DNA of 64,000 bases from Trichodelitschia bisporula. Taxonomy: Eukaryota. Where the stretch lies: positions 248,001 to 312,000 of the forward strand of contig ML996707.1 in assembly GCA_010356995.1 (NCBI GenBank), in the 5' to 3' direction. The translations under genes and the position numbers were made by a program. This document shows, in pieces, positions 47,636 through 59,589 of this stretch (positions are counted from its first letter, which is position 1; each line of letters opens with the position of its first letter). Under the pieces are notes generated by a model. That model was not told where the DNA came from. It was given only the letters and a program-made list of their open reading frames with translations, and did no database searches.

Positions 47636-47853
47636 ATGTTAGTTTCGAGCGGAGGACATCACAGGAAAAAAGAAATCTAAGCTTCGTGCACTAAAACAAT
47701 GAGTGATATCGAAGTGAGCCATACCACTTGAGTGTGAGCTCACCAATTGCTGCCATTACTATCTGATTTACGCGTGAATCCAGTAAACCTACTGACAGAT
47801 GATCAATACTGTCAAAGGCGAATGTATCTCATTTCGTTGCTGAATACCGCCCT

Positions 47854-50800
47854 TTAAAAAGCCACACGAGTCCTCATTTCCTGTTCAAATTAGCCTTTGC
47901 AAAGTCAACAAGCGCAGAAAGAACATACCGAAATCTTCCTCTCGAGCTCACGAACGGTCCGTCCCATATCTCCGGCCATTCTCTCTTTCACGGTACGATC
48001 CAGTCTCACAAATCGCTCGCACAAGTCCCCATCGATCATGCCCTTGACTGGGACATAGTAACCACGATAAATGAGGTGGTCCCTCCCGGTGAGAGGCGCA
48101 TCTTCCGCTCGCATCTTCGTCTCCAGCTCCTGGAAAAAATCGACGTCTTCGCGGCTGACAAAGGGGATGAAGATGCCGAGAGTGCCCTGCAGACCAGACC
48201 ACAATAGGAGATCGCGCCCGCCAGCAACAAGCGACGTCTTCTGGATCGACGTGGGAATATCTTGACAGTAGAAGTGCACCATCAAGTCGAGGCGATGTGG
48301 AGTGCCTTGAAGGTAGGCGCGCTCGTGGAGAAGGTGAGCACCGCTGCCCTCCTCATCCGCCTCATCGCTCGCCTTTTGAGGACAACGCACGAGCCAGATG
48401 TTGCCAAACTTGTCACCACCCGCCGTAGTCTCATAGTCCACCATGGCGGTAGCCGAGGTCCACCGGGAGATGCTATCGTCGACAAATGGGATGAGCCTGT
48501 TCTCTTGCTGCTTGTATACAACGTAGGTAACGCTCTCTTGAACATCGGAGCAGATGATGCGAGAACCCTGGGTATCCAATCCGGTGAGGAGGTTCGGAAC
48601 CGCGTTAAGAGCCTGTGCCTTCCTCAACAATTGCCGCATCCCGAGGTCGAAGATGAGCAAGTTCGGACCGATACCAGCAAGTACTCTGCCTTGGAAGCCA
48701 AGGAGCGCCGTTGGAGGTTGGTCGACCTTTGTCTTGTGGATGAACTCGAGCGACTTTCCGTTGTCCTGGAACCGGTACACATGAATGTAACCGCAAGTGA
48801 ACTGTCGAGGTGACATGATCATGTCTTTTCCAGTACCGATCAAGAGGAATATCTCGTCATCTTGTGATAAGAACGGAACCATGGCCATACTGATCGCAGC
48901 TTCATTTTCGTCCAGGTCGATAGTTTCAAGCACTGACTTAGACGTGACAGGGTCGACGATTTGGATGCAAGACGCCCAGTGCCGCTGGGCGCGAGGGTAT
49001 CCAAACTCGTCGGGAGGGAGAGTAGCAGCATCGCCATTAACAACCGAGGGATCCTTCAGAAGCCGTTCGCAGGTGGCAGGAGACAAGGTGTTGTTGTCCG
49101 AGCCGATGACATAGAAGAGGGGATGCTCGGGGTGTCGGGCAAACTTTCGAGGGGTACGAGCCAGCGGTATCGACTCTTGCAGGAGACTGTCAGATAGCCG
49201 GGGGATTTGGAAGAGACTATACAATTAGCGAGTGAACCTCATTGATTGCTGAACGTGTATAGGTGTATCAAGGCATCAGAAGGAACAATTGGATTTGGAG
49301 GTTGTGTCCTCATTGGGATTCGGAAAGAGCATAGTTTTTCACATCATTGAGCCAGAGCAGAAAAGGAAAAGAGGAAACGTACCGAAGATGATCTTGTTGG
49401 ATACCCACTATGCCGCTCGTGCACTGCTCGCTGTTGAAGCTCCATCCCCATTCCAACGGAACGTATTCCAGAGGCGTGAGGACAAAGGTCTTCGTCTGCT
49501 CGTCAGCGTACCCTAGCCACGCGCGAGAGCTGAGGGCCAGAACCGCCGTCTGTTCCAAGATGGTAACCCGAGAGAGTTTCACTGGCTTCGGTCCCAGGAA
49601 GCGAGTTCGAGTGTCTGAAAGATCGCCCGTTGTCTCGTCGAGGACAGTGCGGATATAGACACCCGAGTAGAGACCAATGTGAAGATACAAGGTTGAGCCT
49701 CCAGAAGAAGTGTCAGCCATGGACATGATGCTGAGAGATGATGGTGCCGATGTCAATGCTTGTACGGAACGGTTCTCCAAGCACGAGCCGGGATCCACGC
49801 TCAAGACGCGAACAGTGGAGTCGTCACAACCCACAGCCAGAAAACTGCTTCTCTGCCGACCAACAGGCACTTCACCCAGGCTAAGGCACGTTACAGTGCC
49901 AGTCATCTGCTTCTTGTCTTCGTATTCGTTCAAATTGCCGTCAACATCGGCCTCGAAGTAGACGATTTCGCCAGAGCTGAGTGCAACAGCGACCTGCTGT
50001 TGGTTGGTTGAAGCTGCGACGATCGACCGATGCTGAGGTGCAGGCCAGTCGCTCTGAGTGCCATTGGCAGAAATGTGCCGAATGCCTTTCGGATGGACCT
50101 GGATCAAGCTATCTTCGCCCAGCTGTTGTATAGCCAGGGTCGGAACAGTAGTGAGGAAACCAGTATTCGAAACTTGCTCAACGGTCTCTCCGATGCTCAA
50201 GACAAGTGTGTACGTAGCCATAGAGATGACTATGTACGCGTCGAATTCGTCATCGCGCCGGAGCTTCGTGGTCCACACCATTGTCGGAACATCCGGGAGC
50301 TTGGACTCAACCAGTTCAGATACCTCTAGGCCATGCTTCAGAGTTTTGAATGCGCTCCTTGCTCCCGTGCCGCAGATAGTGTAGATCTGGGGCGCGTCGT
50401 CATCGGTCAGATTGGCAGCTTTGCAATCCAGCAATGGGTTCATGGTCTCAATGCTCTCCGTCAATGTGATATTGTCCGGCGGATGAGGGTGGAAAAACGC
50501 CGGCTCGTACGGCGCCTTGGGATCTGCAGGGTATTGGTCGCTGTCGAACTCTTCCCCACCATCATCTCCCAGTTTTTCAAACTGGTAGAAATGGTGGTTG
50601 CCTGTCTCCGCAGCAACGTACAAGAAGCCGCTCTTTAGGATGCAAAGATTAGTCGCAGGCGGGACGGTATCAAAATACTTAATCCTGATACGCTGAACCT
50701 CGGCCGTCGGCTGACCATTCGCATCCTCAGCCAGATCGATGGTGAGCTTGAAGAGATCACCGTCCTCGGTCTGGAGCAGGAAGAAGAAAGCTCCACGCAT

Positions 50801-51847
50801 CTTGTGCATCACGCCGGCTGTGATGTAGCGCTTCCGCTGAGGATCTTCTGTAGCTCCCCTTCTCCGCGGGATGATGACGCGGAAGGCCTCCTGATTCGGA
50901 TGGCGGTATGTGATATTCTCCTCGCCACAGACAAGCACACCACTGGGCCCATCAGTGCCACCAGGGACCTGAAAGAGCATATTGGCAGTCCTGTCCACCG
51001 TGTCAGTCCACTTCCGGACCACATGGTTCAGGCCGAGATCCAGTTCGTAGTACACAAGCGTCTTCTCAATCTCCTCATACGCGATCCCAGTGGGGTCTTG
51101 CTCCGCATCGCCGTAGTCAACCTCCAGTGCTGCGAATACCGGGTTTTCATACCCAACATCCAGGCCCACCATCGCGAAGACGAGCGTTTGCGGTTTGTGC
51201 GCCTCCAGGGGCGAGGAGATTGTAAGTTCTGCCTGTGCATTTCGGTTGAGCACGTAGACAAGTTTGTTCTTCTCCACCGACGCAATCATGCAGGCGCGCC
51301 CCTTGGGGTCGGTGGCGAGGTACTGTCCCGGGACGACGCGTCGCACACCAGACTTGCCGAATGTTTCTAGGTGGATGCGGCTGAAGCGGTTCTTCGCGGG
51401 AATGTACTCGATGATGCTGATTCGACCGGAGTCAGAACCGATGATGATGTAATCTGTATTCCCTCAGCCATGAACTATGCAGCCGTTTCTGCTAGCTCGA
51501 GCAGCGCGTCTGAGGCGAAAGACGTCGTGTCGGTGGATCCGTGCTGCTCGGCATCTTCGAAAATCACTATTTGAACCTTCGGGTAGGCACACACGAAACT
51601 CACCTTTATTGCTGCCCGCCAGGCGGAAAGCCGACAGAGAGCGGATCGTTGAGAAAGCATCGTGGCTGAGAATGGGCATGATTTTGCCCTGCACCGCATC
51701 TGGCCGATGAAGCGTCAGACGCGAACCGGATGCTGTGAGGATCTGCTGCTCCTTGGTGCCAGCAAAGTTGCCGAGAATGGCTTGAGTGACGGCAGATGGC
51801 GGCTGCAGCGTCAGGGAGTACATGAACATGGACGAAGTTGTCGCCAT
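47854..51847 (-). CDS. RSE1: Pre-mRNA splicing factor Rse1 / SF3B3 (4 exons)
   Basis: [84 protein letters not shown]; last exon EMRTRVAF*. Confidence 0.97.
49272..49353 (-). ncRNA. Intronic box C/D snoRNA, snR41/U62-like guide for 18S Am541-equivalent
   Basis: Within RSE1 intron 49217-49382: ggctca ATGATGT (C) ... CTATGCTCTTT CCGA (D') ... ATGAGGA (C') ... TCCAATTGTTCCTT CTGA (D) tgcc; the D guide is complementary to conserved 18S AGGAACAAUUGGA. Confidence 0.85.
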
Positions 51848-52140
51848 GGTGGCCGGCTGAGGGGCCGTGTGGCCTCAAATGTAAATGCCAGTCTGTGGTA
51901 GCTTTATTGAGCAGGATTTGAAGTGACAAAAGAGCTCGGGAGACGATAGCAGTACGATGGGAGTGGGAGAGGGTGATGATGGGGAGTGTTGAGGTGTGAT
52001 GGAAAGTGAGGAAAAGTGGAGGAGAGCTCATGCCAAAGCCTGCGCTCGGAGCTCGTCGGTAACGTCCTCCGATTGGTCCCAAGATTTCAACGCCGACTTT
52101 CATCACCAGTTCAGTGCTCCGCAGCGCAACCACCTCAGTA

Positions 52141-53709
52141 ATGGCCTCAAATACTTGTCAGAGGTGTATAACCTCTATTCGAGGCCGTCTGACTCCCAGG
52201 CCCATCCGTGCATTTCAGAGCTTCAAAGATCCGCGAAGATGGCACTCAATCGCCCCAAAACCGCTTTCCGCGCAACGCACCACCGTCAACCCCACTCAAG
52301 CTAAGCAAGCCGCGCCTTTTCACAGCTCGCATACGAGAGAGGCAGCTTCGCAAGCTTCAAAGCGTTACGATCCCGCAGAGCCCACTCTTGAGGAGTCACG
52401 CGTCCTCCTGCAGCCGAATAACCTGTTCCACGATTTCACCAAATCGCCTGTCCCCGAGATCCGCCGTCGCGCTGCCTTCATCAAGCAGCATGCCTACTGC
52501 CCGCATTCCGATCACCAGCGGAGCCGCATGCCTGTCACCGATGAGGATCCTGAAGCACGCAAGTCGGTTGAATCGGCGGTGCCGCCTGCGCACGTCGATT
52601 TTGAGTGTCCCGACTGCGGCATCCCGGTGTACTGCTCCGAGGAACACTGGGCCGACGACTATGAGAACCACCTCCAAATTTGCGATACGCTGAGGCAGAT
52701 CAATGAGGATGACCATGACCTTCGATCGGGGCGATTCTTCAGGGAATTCGAGTACCCCGGTATGCAGATCGAGGAGATGATGATCAACATGGAGAACTGG
52801 GATACGCTGTTGTACACGCGGGAGTTCGAGGCCATTGACGATGAAAGGAGTCTGCGGCAGACCACTAAGCTGATGACGTATCCCGTCACCATAGCAAGTG
52901 TTATCCACGAGCTCAGCCCATACGATATCAAGAAGAAGGGTCGGCTGACAACGGAGGGGCTACGGAGCTTGAGTGGTAAGTCACAACTCGCATCGCCCAA
53001 CCTATACTGATTTCCAGCTCTCCGGTACACGCTCCATCCGCCCCGGACGGGCGCGGGCATGGACATCAAGGGCCTCCGACCGAACCCGCCTCCAGTGCGC
53101 ATCTTCGTGCTCGGTGCGCGTGCCGAGTCCTCGCTTCCCCGCGAGGTGTGGGTGCAGCTAGCGTACATGTTCCACCGGGTCTCATTCCACCTGGTTTTTA
53201 TCGGGCCTGAGTCGATGATGAACCGCGACTCCGAGTTCCCGCTACCAGAACGCACGCCGGAAAACCCGTTTGGCGCTGTCGTAGAAGACCGTTTCAGCCA
53301 CCAGATGAAGATCAGTACTTACGTTGAGTACTTCCACACACTGCACAAGGCGGGCCACTTCGCGCCCTACGACCCGTACTTTGACTGCTTCATGCTGTTC
53401 CATCCCGGCCTGGGCCATCCGGCCAGCTCGGCGGAGTGGGAGGAGACGCTGCCGATGCTGCTGGAGACGAAGTTGCCGATCATCTGTACTGGGTACACAG
53501 AGTGGGATATGAAACGCGACATCGACTGGGTCACCAAGAAGGTCGGCGGTGAGATGGACATCCTGCTCGAGCCGGGTGAGAACCGGTTCCGCAGTCTGCG
53601 GTGGGACCTCAACGACATGGATCCGCAGGACATCAGCGCGTCGAACTGGGGCGTGTGGGCGTTCAGGGGCAAGCGGTATGAGGCGCAAGTCAAGGACGAA
53701 GAAAAGTAG
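52141..53709 (+). CDS. MSS51: Mitochondrial Cox1 translational regulator Mss51 (intron 52976-53017)
   Basis: Arg/Ser-rich presequence; LFHDFTKSP...RRRAAFIK, FECPDCGIPVYCSEEHW zinc finger, QINEDDHDLRSGR, LGARAESSLP, FHPGLGHP, NWGVWAFRGKRY. Confidence 0.95.
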
Positions 53710-53818
53710 GAGTTTGATGTACCATATCGCATACTTGTACAATGACCGGGTTGTAGCCCACAGCTGAAGCTGACTCCATCCCGTATCTGCGCACACATAA
53801 GGTTATCGTAAAGCAGAC

Positions 53819-53847
53819 CGCAGAACGCAGAACGCAGAACGCAGAAC
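53819..53847. repeat. (CGCAGAA)4 tandem repeat between convergent genes
   Basis: Read directly from the sequence. Confidence 0.85.
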
Positions 53848-53887
53848 TCCCCCGAAACCAACACCGAACATATCCGCACACTACCCT

Positions 53888-54574
53888 CTAAGCATCCTTC
53901 TTCGTCCCCTCCATCAACCCCCTCGTCCCAGAATCCAACATCCACCTAACCATCAACCCATGCAACCACCTCCCCACCGCCCCCTCAAGCAAAGTCCTCG
54001 GCTCCCCAACCCGCCTCCACATAACCGTCTCATTCCAGAACACCGCCTTCTCCCCCTCCACCTCCACCCGACTCACAATCCGCCCCTCCACCACTGGACC
54101 CTTATACCCCTCCGGCGCCTCCAGCGCCATCTCAATGAACCCCGGCCCACGGCTCACAACGCGGTAAACCCCACACGCCACCTCCCCAAGATCGAACTTG
54201 CATCGCTGCAGGTATAGCCGCGAGAACGTGGCCCGCGCCTCCGAGTTGCGCAAAAGGTAGGAGATGCCCCAGGCCTGCGGCGTGCGCGCGAAGAAGGTCA
54301 TGCAGCTGCGCGTGTGCGGCAGGAGCCATTCGTCCGGGCTACGCGTAATGGGTGGGAGGGAGGAGGTTGGAATTTCGAGGTGTGCCGTTTCGTGCGTAAC
54401 GACGTAGGAGTCTGGTTGGGCGGTTACCTCCTCGGGGAGAAAGGCGGCGGTGTTGGGTTGCAGGTGCGGGGTTGTGGTCAAGGGGACTTTGCGCGAGAGG
54501 GTGTGGTGGAGGTAGAGGAGGTAGCCTGCTGGGAGGGCGAGGGGGAGGGTTGTGAGGAGGAGCTTTTGGAGCAT
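53888..54574 (-). CDS. Hypothetical protein (228 aa) with an N-terminal hydrophobic anchor
   Basis: Intronless ATG ORF with a C-rich leader and coding-like skew; FWNETVMW...GRWLHGLMVRWM C-terminus. Confidence 0.75.
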   Translation of the reverse strand: MLQKLLLTTLPLALPAGYLLYLHHTLSRKVPLTTTPHLQPNTAAFLPEEVTAQPDSYVVTHETAHLEIPTSSLPPITRSPDEWLLPHTRSCMTFFARTPQAWGISYLLRNSEARATFSRLYLQRCKFDLGEVACGVYRVVSRGPGFIEMALEAPEGYKGPVVEGRIVSRVEVEGEKAVFWNETVMWRRVGEPRTLLEGAVGRWLHGLMVRWMLDSGTRGLMEGTKKDA

Positions 54575-54926
54575 TTTGTCGGTTTGATGGTCGAGTTGTG
54601 TGGTGAGTGAGCGTAGATGAAGTTTGTAGGTTTGGAGGTGAGGCTGGGGTTATCAAGATCGCGGCGGTGGCCGACAGATGATTGAATACGAGATGCCAAG
54701 CCGTGAACTGTGGTATCGATGGAACGTGATGGAACTCTTATCTCCTACTCCTAAGGGTTAGTCTTGGACACTGAACAGTATATACTTCGGCAGAGAATTG
54801 TTTCTTGAGATTTTTCGAGGCGCTATATAGGATCCAGATCAGTTCCTATCATCAGCCAAGTCAGACGAGGCTGATGCCCTGACCACACCCCCACGAGACC
54901 TCTGTCTCAAATCCCTACCAACCGCA

Positions 54927-55575
54927 TCACTCTTGCTCGGAACGTTCCTCCGCCTCCTTCTCGGACTCCTTGACATCCCCATTTTTCTTAAACTTAGATG
55001 TCTCGGCGCGAACACTCCGTCTCAGTTCGAAGGGGACTTTGGCCTTCGGCTTATCCTCTTCGTCGGGTGATGCAGAGGCGAGCCGTTTGCGAATCAGAGG
55101 ACAGGACATACCGGCGCCGCCAGCGTCCACGAGATCAGAACCGGTATGTAGCTTCGGTTTGACAGCAATCCGATCTTCAGTCTTCGTCTTCGGCAGCGTG
55201 AGCTCCTCCCCAACATCCTCGACCACCGCCTTCCACTGCAGCTCGAACACGTGCTTCTGACGGACCTGGCAGGTGACGCACGATAGTTCCAGGCACGGCG
55301 GTTGATATGAGACCCCGTTTCCTTTCAAAACGAAGGAACCGATACGTTGACCGTCTCCGTGATAGCTGCAGTCTTTTCACTGTTGGTCTTTTGGCCCATG
55401 GTCAGCTATATGGTGTACGTACCGATCTTTCTCTGAGGGTTCTCCTTCTGGTATTTGAGGAGGAGGATCAGATGCTTGGGAGTTTTATTACCCGCCACAT
55501 CGAGGATTTTCTGGAGGCGTTTGGTGTGCTCAGGGGTGAGCAGCACTGGCTCCCATGCCCCGTCAATGGAAGCCA
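54927..55575 (-). pseudogene. Possible interrupted orphan gene
   Basis: MASIDGAWEPV...RKIG|gtacgt donor with a ctgac branch site; splicing to aag|AC gives DQQ*KDCSYHG..., in frame with ORF 54927-55328 except for one TGA. Confidence 0.3.
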
Positions 55576-55864
55576 TGTTTGGATAGAGTTGGTGGCTTCG
55601 AAATGTAGAGTTTTCTTGAGGTGGTCGTCGTAGCGAAAGGTATAGGAGGCCGTTCAAGGAGACATATAGTAGGGGACAGTGACTGAACCCCGAGCACCGG
55701 TTTGCCATTCCGGAAGCACCTGTCAAGGTCAGCCAACGCGTCAACGATGAACTCTCGGTGCACAAACGAACCTCCTCAGGCACTATAAGATATCAGGTGT
55801 GAGCTCTCGGTGAGAGAAGAGTGGTGCATATTCCGCACCCATATATACATCCATCTCAGCGCTT

Positions 55865-56893
55865 TCAGGGCGGCGGACTGAGATCCAGTCCCGCAACCGA
55901 GAAGTGAAAAGCGTCGCTCCTCGAGTACGACCCAGCAACATCCAGATCAAGCCTTCCACGGCTACAGTCCTCAAAGTCGCACTTCATCATGAGAAGCTCA
56001 GGCTTTTCGTCCCCTTTCTCCCAAACCGGACCAGCAAGCACATCCCCAAACGGCGAAACAATACACGACCCGCCCCGGGAGACAAACTCATTCCCATCCT
56101 CCTCCGACACATCCTCCTTCCCCAAAATCCACTTAGGCAACTGTTTACGCCTGGTACACTGATTCGCAGAGAGCACAAATGCGCGCCCCTCGCACCCAAT
56201 GGTCCTCATAAGCGACAGCCACGCGTCCCTCGCATCTGCCGTCGGTGCCAGATATAAGTTGACATTTTGCGCATACAGTGCCTGCCTCAGAAGCGGCATA
56301 TAATTCTCCCAGCAGATCGCCACCCCAATCGTAAGAATGACACCCTTGACGGTCACAGCAACAGCGCGCAGCGTGTCCGCCCCGCCCTGCGCCCACACCA
56401 GGCGCTCAGAGCCGGTAGGCATCACCTTCCGGCGCTTAGCCAATACGCCGTCACGGGGACAGACGACGAGGGTAGCACAGTAGAGGCTGCCGCCCGCACG
56501 CTCCACAACCCCCGCGACGAACAGCACGCCGGAGTCGCGAGCCACGGCTTCGAGCCGCTCGCGCGTCCCATCACCGCGAGGCTTGCCATCTCGGGCTATG
56601 GGGAGGGCCTTGCGTATCCAGGCGTCGCCGGCGCCGGCAGCCGTGTCGCCGAGGTCTACGGCGCTGTTGAAGTAGGCGAGAAACTGGTCCCGACCCTCTA
56701 GGTTCCGAGATCCGATTGAGGCACCGAAAGTGCAGGTGCGCGGGTAGCCACCGATGTAGGCTTCCGGGAAGAGGAGAACATCTACACCTGCTTTGGCGGC
56801 TTCGCGGGTTGTCGATTCGAGAGCATCGAGAGTCTCTGCGGTGGTCGAGAGAGTGCGGACTTGAGCGACGGCAAGTGAGAGAATTTGAGGCAT
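55865..56893 (-). CDS. Nitrilase / carbon-nitrogen hydrolase (NIT1-like)
   Basis: E-K-C triad motifs [24 protein letters not shown] and [19 protein letters not shown]. Confidence 0.93.
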   Translation of the reverse strand: MPQILSLAVAQVRTLSTTAETLDALESTTREAAKAGVDVLLFPEAYIGGYPRTCTFGASIGSRNLEGRDQFLAYFNSAVDLGDTAAGAGDAWIRKALPIARDGKPRGDGTRERLEAVARDSGVLFVAGVVERAGGSLYCATLVVCPRDGVLAKRRKVMPTGSERLVWAQGGADTLRAVAVTVKGVILTIGVAICWENYMPLLRQALYAQNVNLYLAPTADARDAWLSLMRTIGCEGRAFVLSANQCTRRKQLPKWILGKEDVSEEDGNEFVSRGGSCIVSPFGDVLAGPVWEKGDEKPELLMMKCDFEDCSRGRLDLDVAGSYSRSDAFHFSVAGLDLSPPP

Positions 56894-57349
56894 TGTAGCG
56901 GTGATTTGAGTGGAGAACAATTTGTCGTGATAGTTGGGCGTTGCTTGCCGGATGTTGTATATATCTTTGTGGAGGTCGTGTGTGCGTGCTGATAACAATA
57001 GGCGGTGGCAAAGGTTTAACCCCGCACTTTGCGTAAGCAGATCATAGAAGCTAATGCAAAGATTTGCATGTCAGCTCCTAGAATGAAATAGTCAAAGAGA
57101 ACGGGAGAGTGACGGATTAAAAGATGTGCTTTACTGATTTCGTTGCCCGGCAGCGCAACCGAACGCCGTTCGTGAATCAAATGCCACGTGCTCGCCTACT
57201 CAGAACGTAGGCAAAAGAACTTGTAGCAAGATACATTATAGGACTACGCATATGCGTGGAAAACAGAATCTGCCACCCGATACGATTATGTTGCCGCAGC
57301 CGATGCAAGCGCGAAGGAAATCAAGGGAAAAAAAAGACCACCCAAGATA

Positions 57350-58807
57350 TCACAACGCCCTATTGTCCAGTGTATGAGGATTCATGATCTTTTGTGCCGC
57401 ATACACACAGCCGCCATACGCATGTCGGATTAATGAGTCTCCCGTGAGGCTGCCGATGATGAAGACGTTCTTCGCGATCTCCAGATCGACCTCTGCCTTC
57501 GCTCTTAACGTCCTTGCCGAGATATGCTCTCCAGCGGGAGGTGTTGCATCTCCCCGGGTACCCAGGACTTCACGGCGCAAGGATGCAGAAAGATAGTCTA
57601 GCGAGCCTCTGCGTCCAACGTTGTAGAATAGGCCGCCCACCTCCCGCTCAACGACTTCGCCGGATTCCAAGCGAATTTGCAGGGTTGCGCTAGTTGATTC
57701 CATGACGATGCCGACAATCTCAGCGTTTGGCAGCCCTTCGTAAAAACTGGCCCAGTCCCGGTCGTTGAAGAACGGGTTACGCCTCCGTCGCGGCGGGGGC
57801 GAGATCGCATGCTCTGATTTCCCGGAGGATATGGCCGCCAGCTTCATCTGACGATAAACGCTTGCATACTCCGGATATGCGGTATGATGACAACCTCGTA
57901 AGGGCGACGGTCGAGTGTCAGGTGACCAACGGAAGAGATGGAGGACTTTGCGGTTGGGCGGGGTTGAGAGGATAATGTCAGCAGCAGAGAATCCGGAGCC
58001 AATGACCAGCAGTGGTTTATCCGGATCGCTCAGATGTCCAATCGGAGCAAGATGTGGAGGAGGCTTCTGGTTCAAAGTAAAAATTCCCGTCGCGAGAACA
58101 AGATGGTCGCAGTGGATGTTAGGAGACTGAACGAGAAAGCCGTTCTCGGTTCTGGACACATTTTCCACGTGTATTGAACGAAAGAAGGAATCTGAAATCC
58201 CTACAGCTTCCGGGTACGCTGCGATGTACTCAGAAACCTCGCGCCGGGAAGGTCGATGGAGGTCTGCGCTCACTTTCCCATGCGCTGCGCAATGGTCGGC
58301 AAAGGAGTATCCTGGAAGCGACAACATCTCGGAGTAGCTCAGAACACCAATTTCATCCGAGGATTGATTCTTCTCCGCCCATTGGCCACCCGGTTCAGGC
58401 GCATTGCTGAGAACAACATGGGAAACTGCTCTCCACGGTTCATAGTGCCACACAATGCAGGATTCCGGATTCACTTCGGTGTCAGCATTCGGCCGAATCA
58501 GTGTGTCGAGGAGGACATTGATAGGCAGCGCTTGAGTCGAGTACCGCAGCGAGGATTGAAAGTGAGCGTAGACATCGGGTGTCAGGTCGAGAAGGTAGGG
58601 TCTACGCGACAACTTCGTATTCAGAAGCGGATCGTGGTGGGGTTTGGCATAGCGCGGGATGTGACCGTGTAGGATATAGGACAATATCAGCGAGGAAGGC
58701 CCCCCGCCTAGTCGACCAGGGATTAGCAAAGAAACTTTTCAAGCGGTACAAGACTCATGCGTACCGATGATGATTGTGTCGACATGATTAGGGAGGTCGC
58801 GAGCCAT
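57350..58807 (-). CDS. FAD/NAD(P)-binding oxidoreductase, OSGIN1/2-like
   Basis: Spliced N-terminus VDTIII G|GGPSSLILSYILHG; PINVLLDTLIRP, HVVL...PGGQW, LSLPG, VLATG, LVIGSGFSAAD, YPEY...YRQM, GSLTGDSLIR. Confidence 0.85.
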
Positions 58808-59589
58808 TACACGAAAGCGAGGGAATTGCGGAGCAGCGTTGGAGCCATGGTGAAGAGGCTGGCGCGGAAGGAAATAGTGTCATGGTGATTTGTAAACGTG
58901 ACGGCCTCTTTCGGAGGTCCTGCTCAAGTGTCGAGTGAAGCGTCAGCGTCTGAACTGCCGCCTGCGCCGCCCTATGTGGGGGTGGTTGAGGGCCAAGTGA
59001 CAGGGTTGGTCACATCCGTGGGGCCACATGCGTAATGTGCAACGGGCCATTTGGTGGGGAATTCCTGCGAACAGAAGGCGTGAAATGCCTTGTCTGCATG
59101 CGGAAGCTACATGCGTCATATGCTCCCCTTCAAACCGTCACGGCCCACTTGCCTTATAGGCCGCTAAATCTACGAACTGCCAGCCTTATAGAAATGAACG
59201 GTTCTGTCAGCATGATTTCATTGCTCAGCTATTCAACCGGCGCCATCTCCCATCATAGGGTGATATCGGGCCGTTGCTGAATGCGCTGCACATCTGCCTT
59301 GGCGCTTGATACTCCATGCTGGTCTCAGATTGCTCAGCGCAGAGGTGAACAAGACCAGCTTCGTATCACAGCATATCCACATAAGCCGATTATGCGCGGT
59401 TATGGTGGCTGACGTCAACTGTGGACGTCCATTGTGCAAATATCACCCTGGGCTATGCAGCTTGTTCCAACAATCTCGACACACCAACGTAGCATTATGG
59501 CGGGTAAGCACAACCAGTATCTACATAGTTCTACCCGCATGTTGCTTCGCCTTGGACATGAGCATCCGGATGAACGTGAGAGGTAACGC

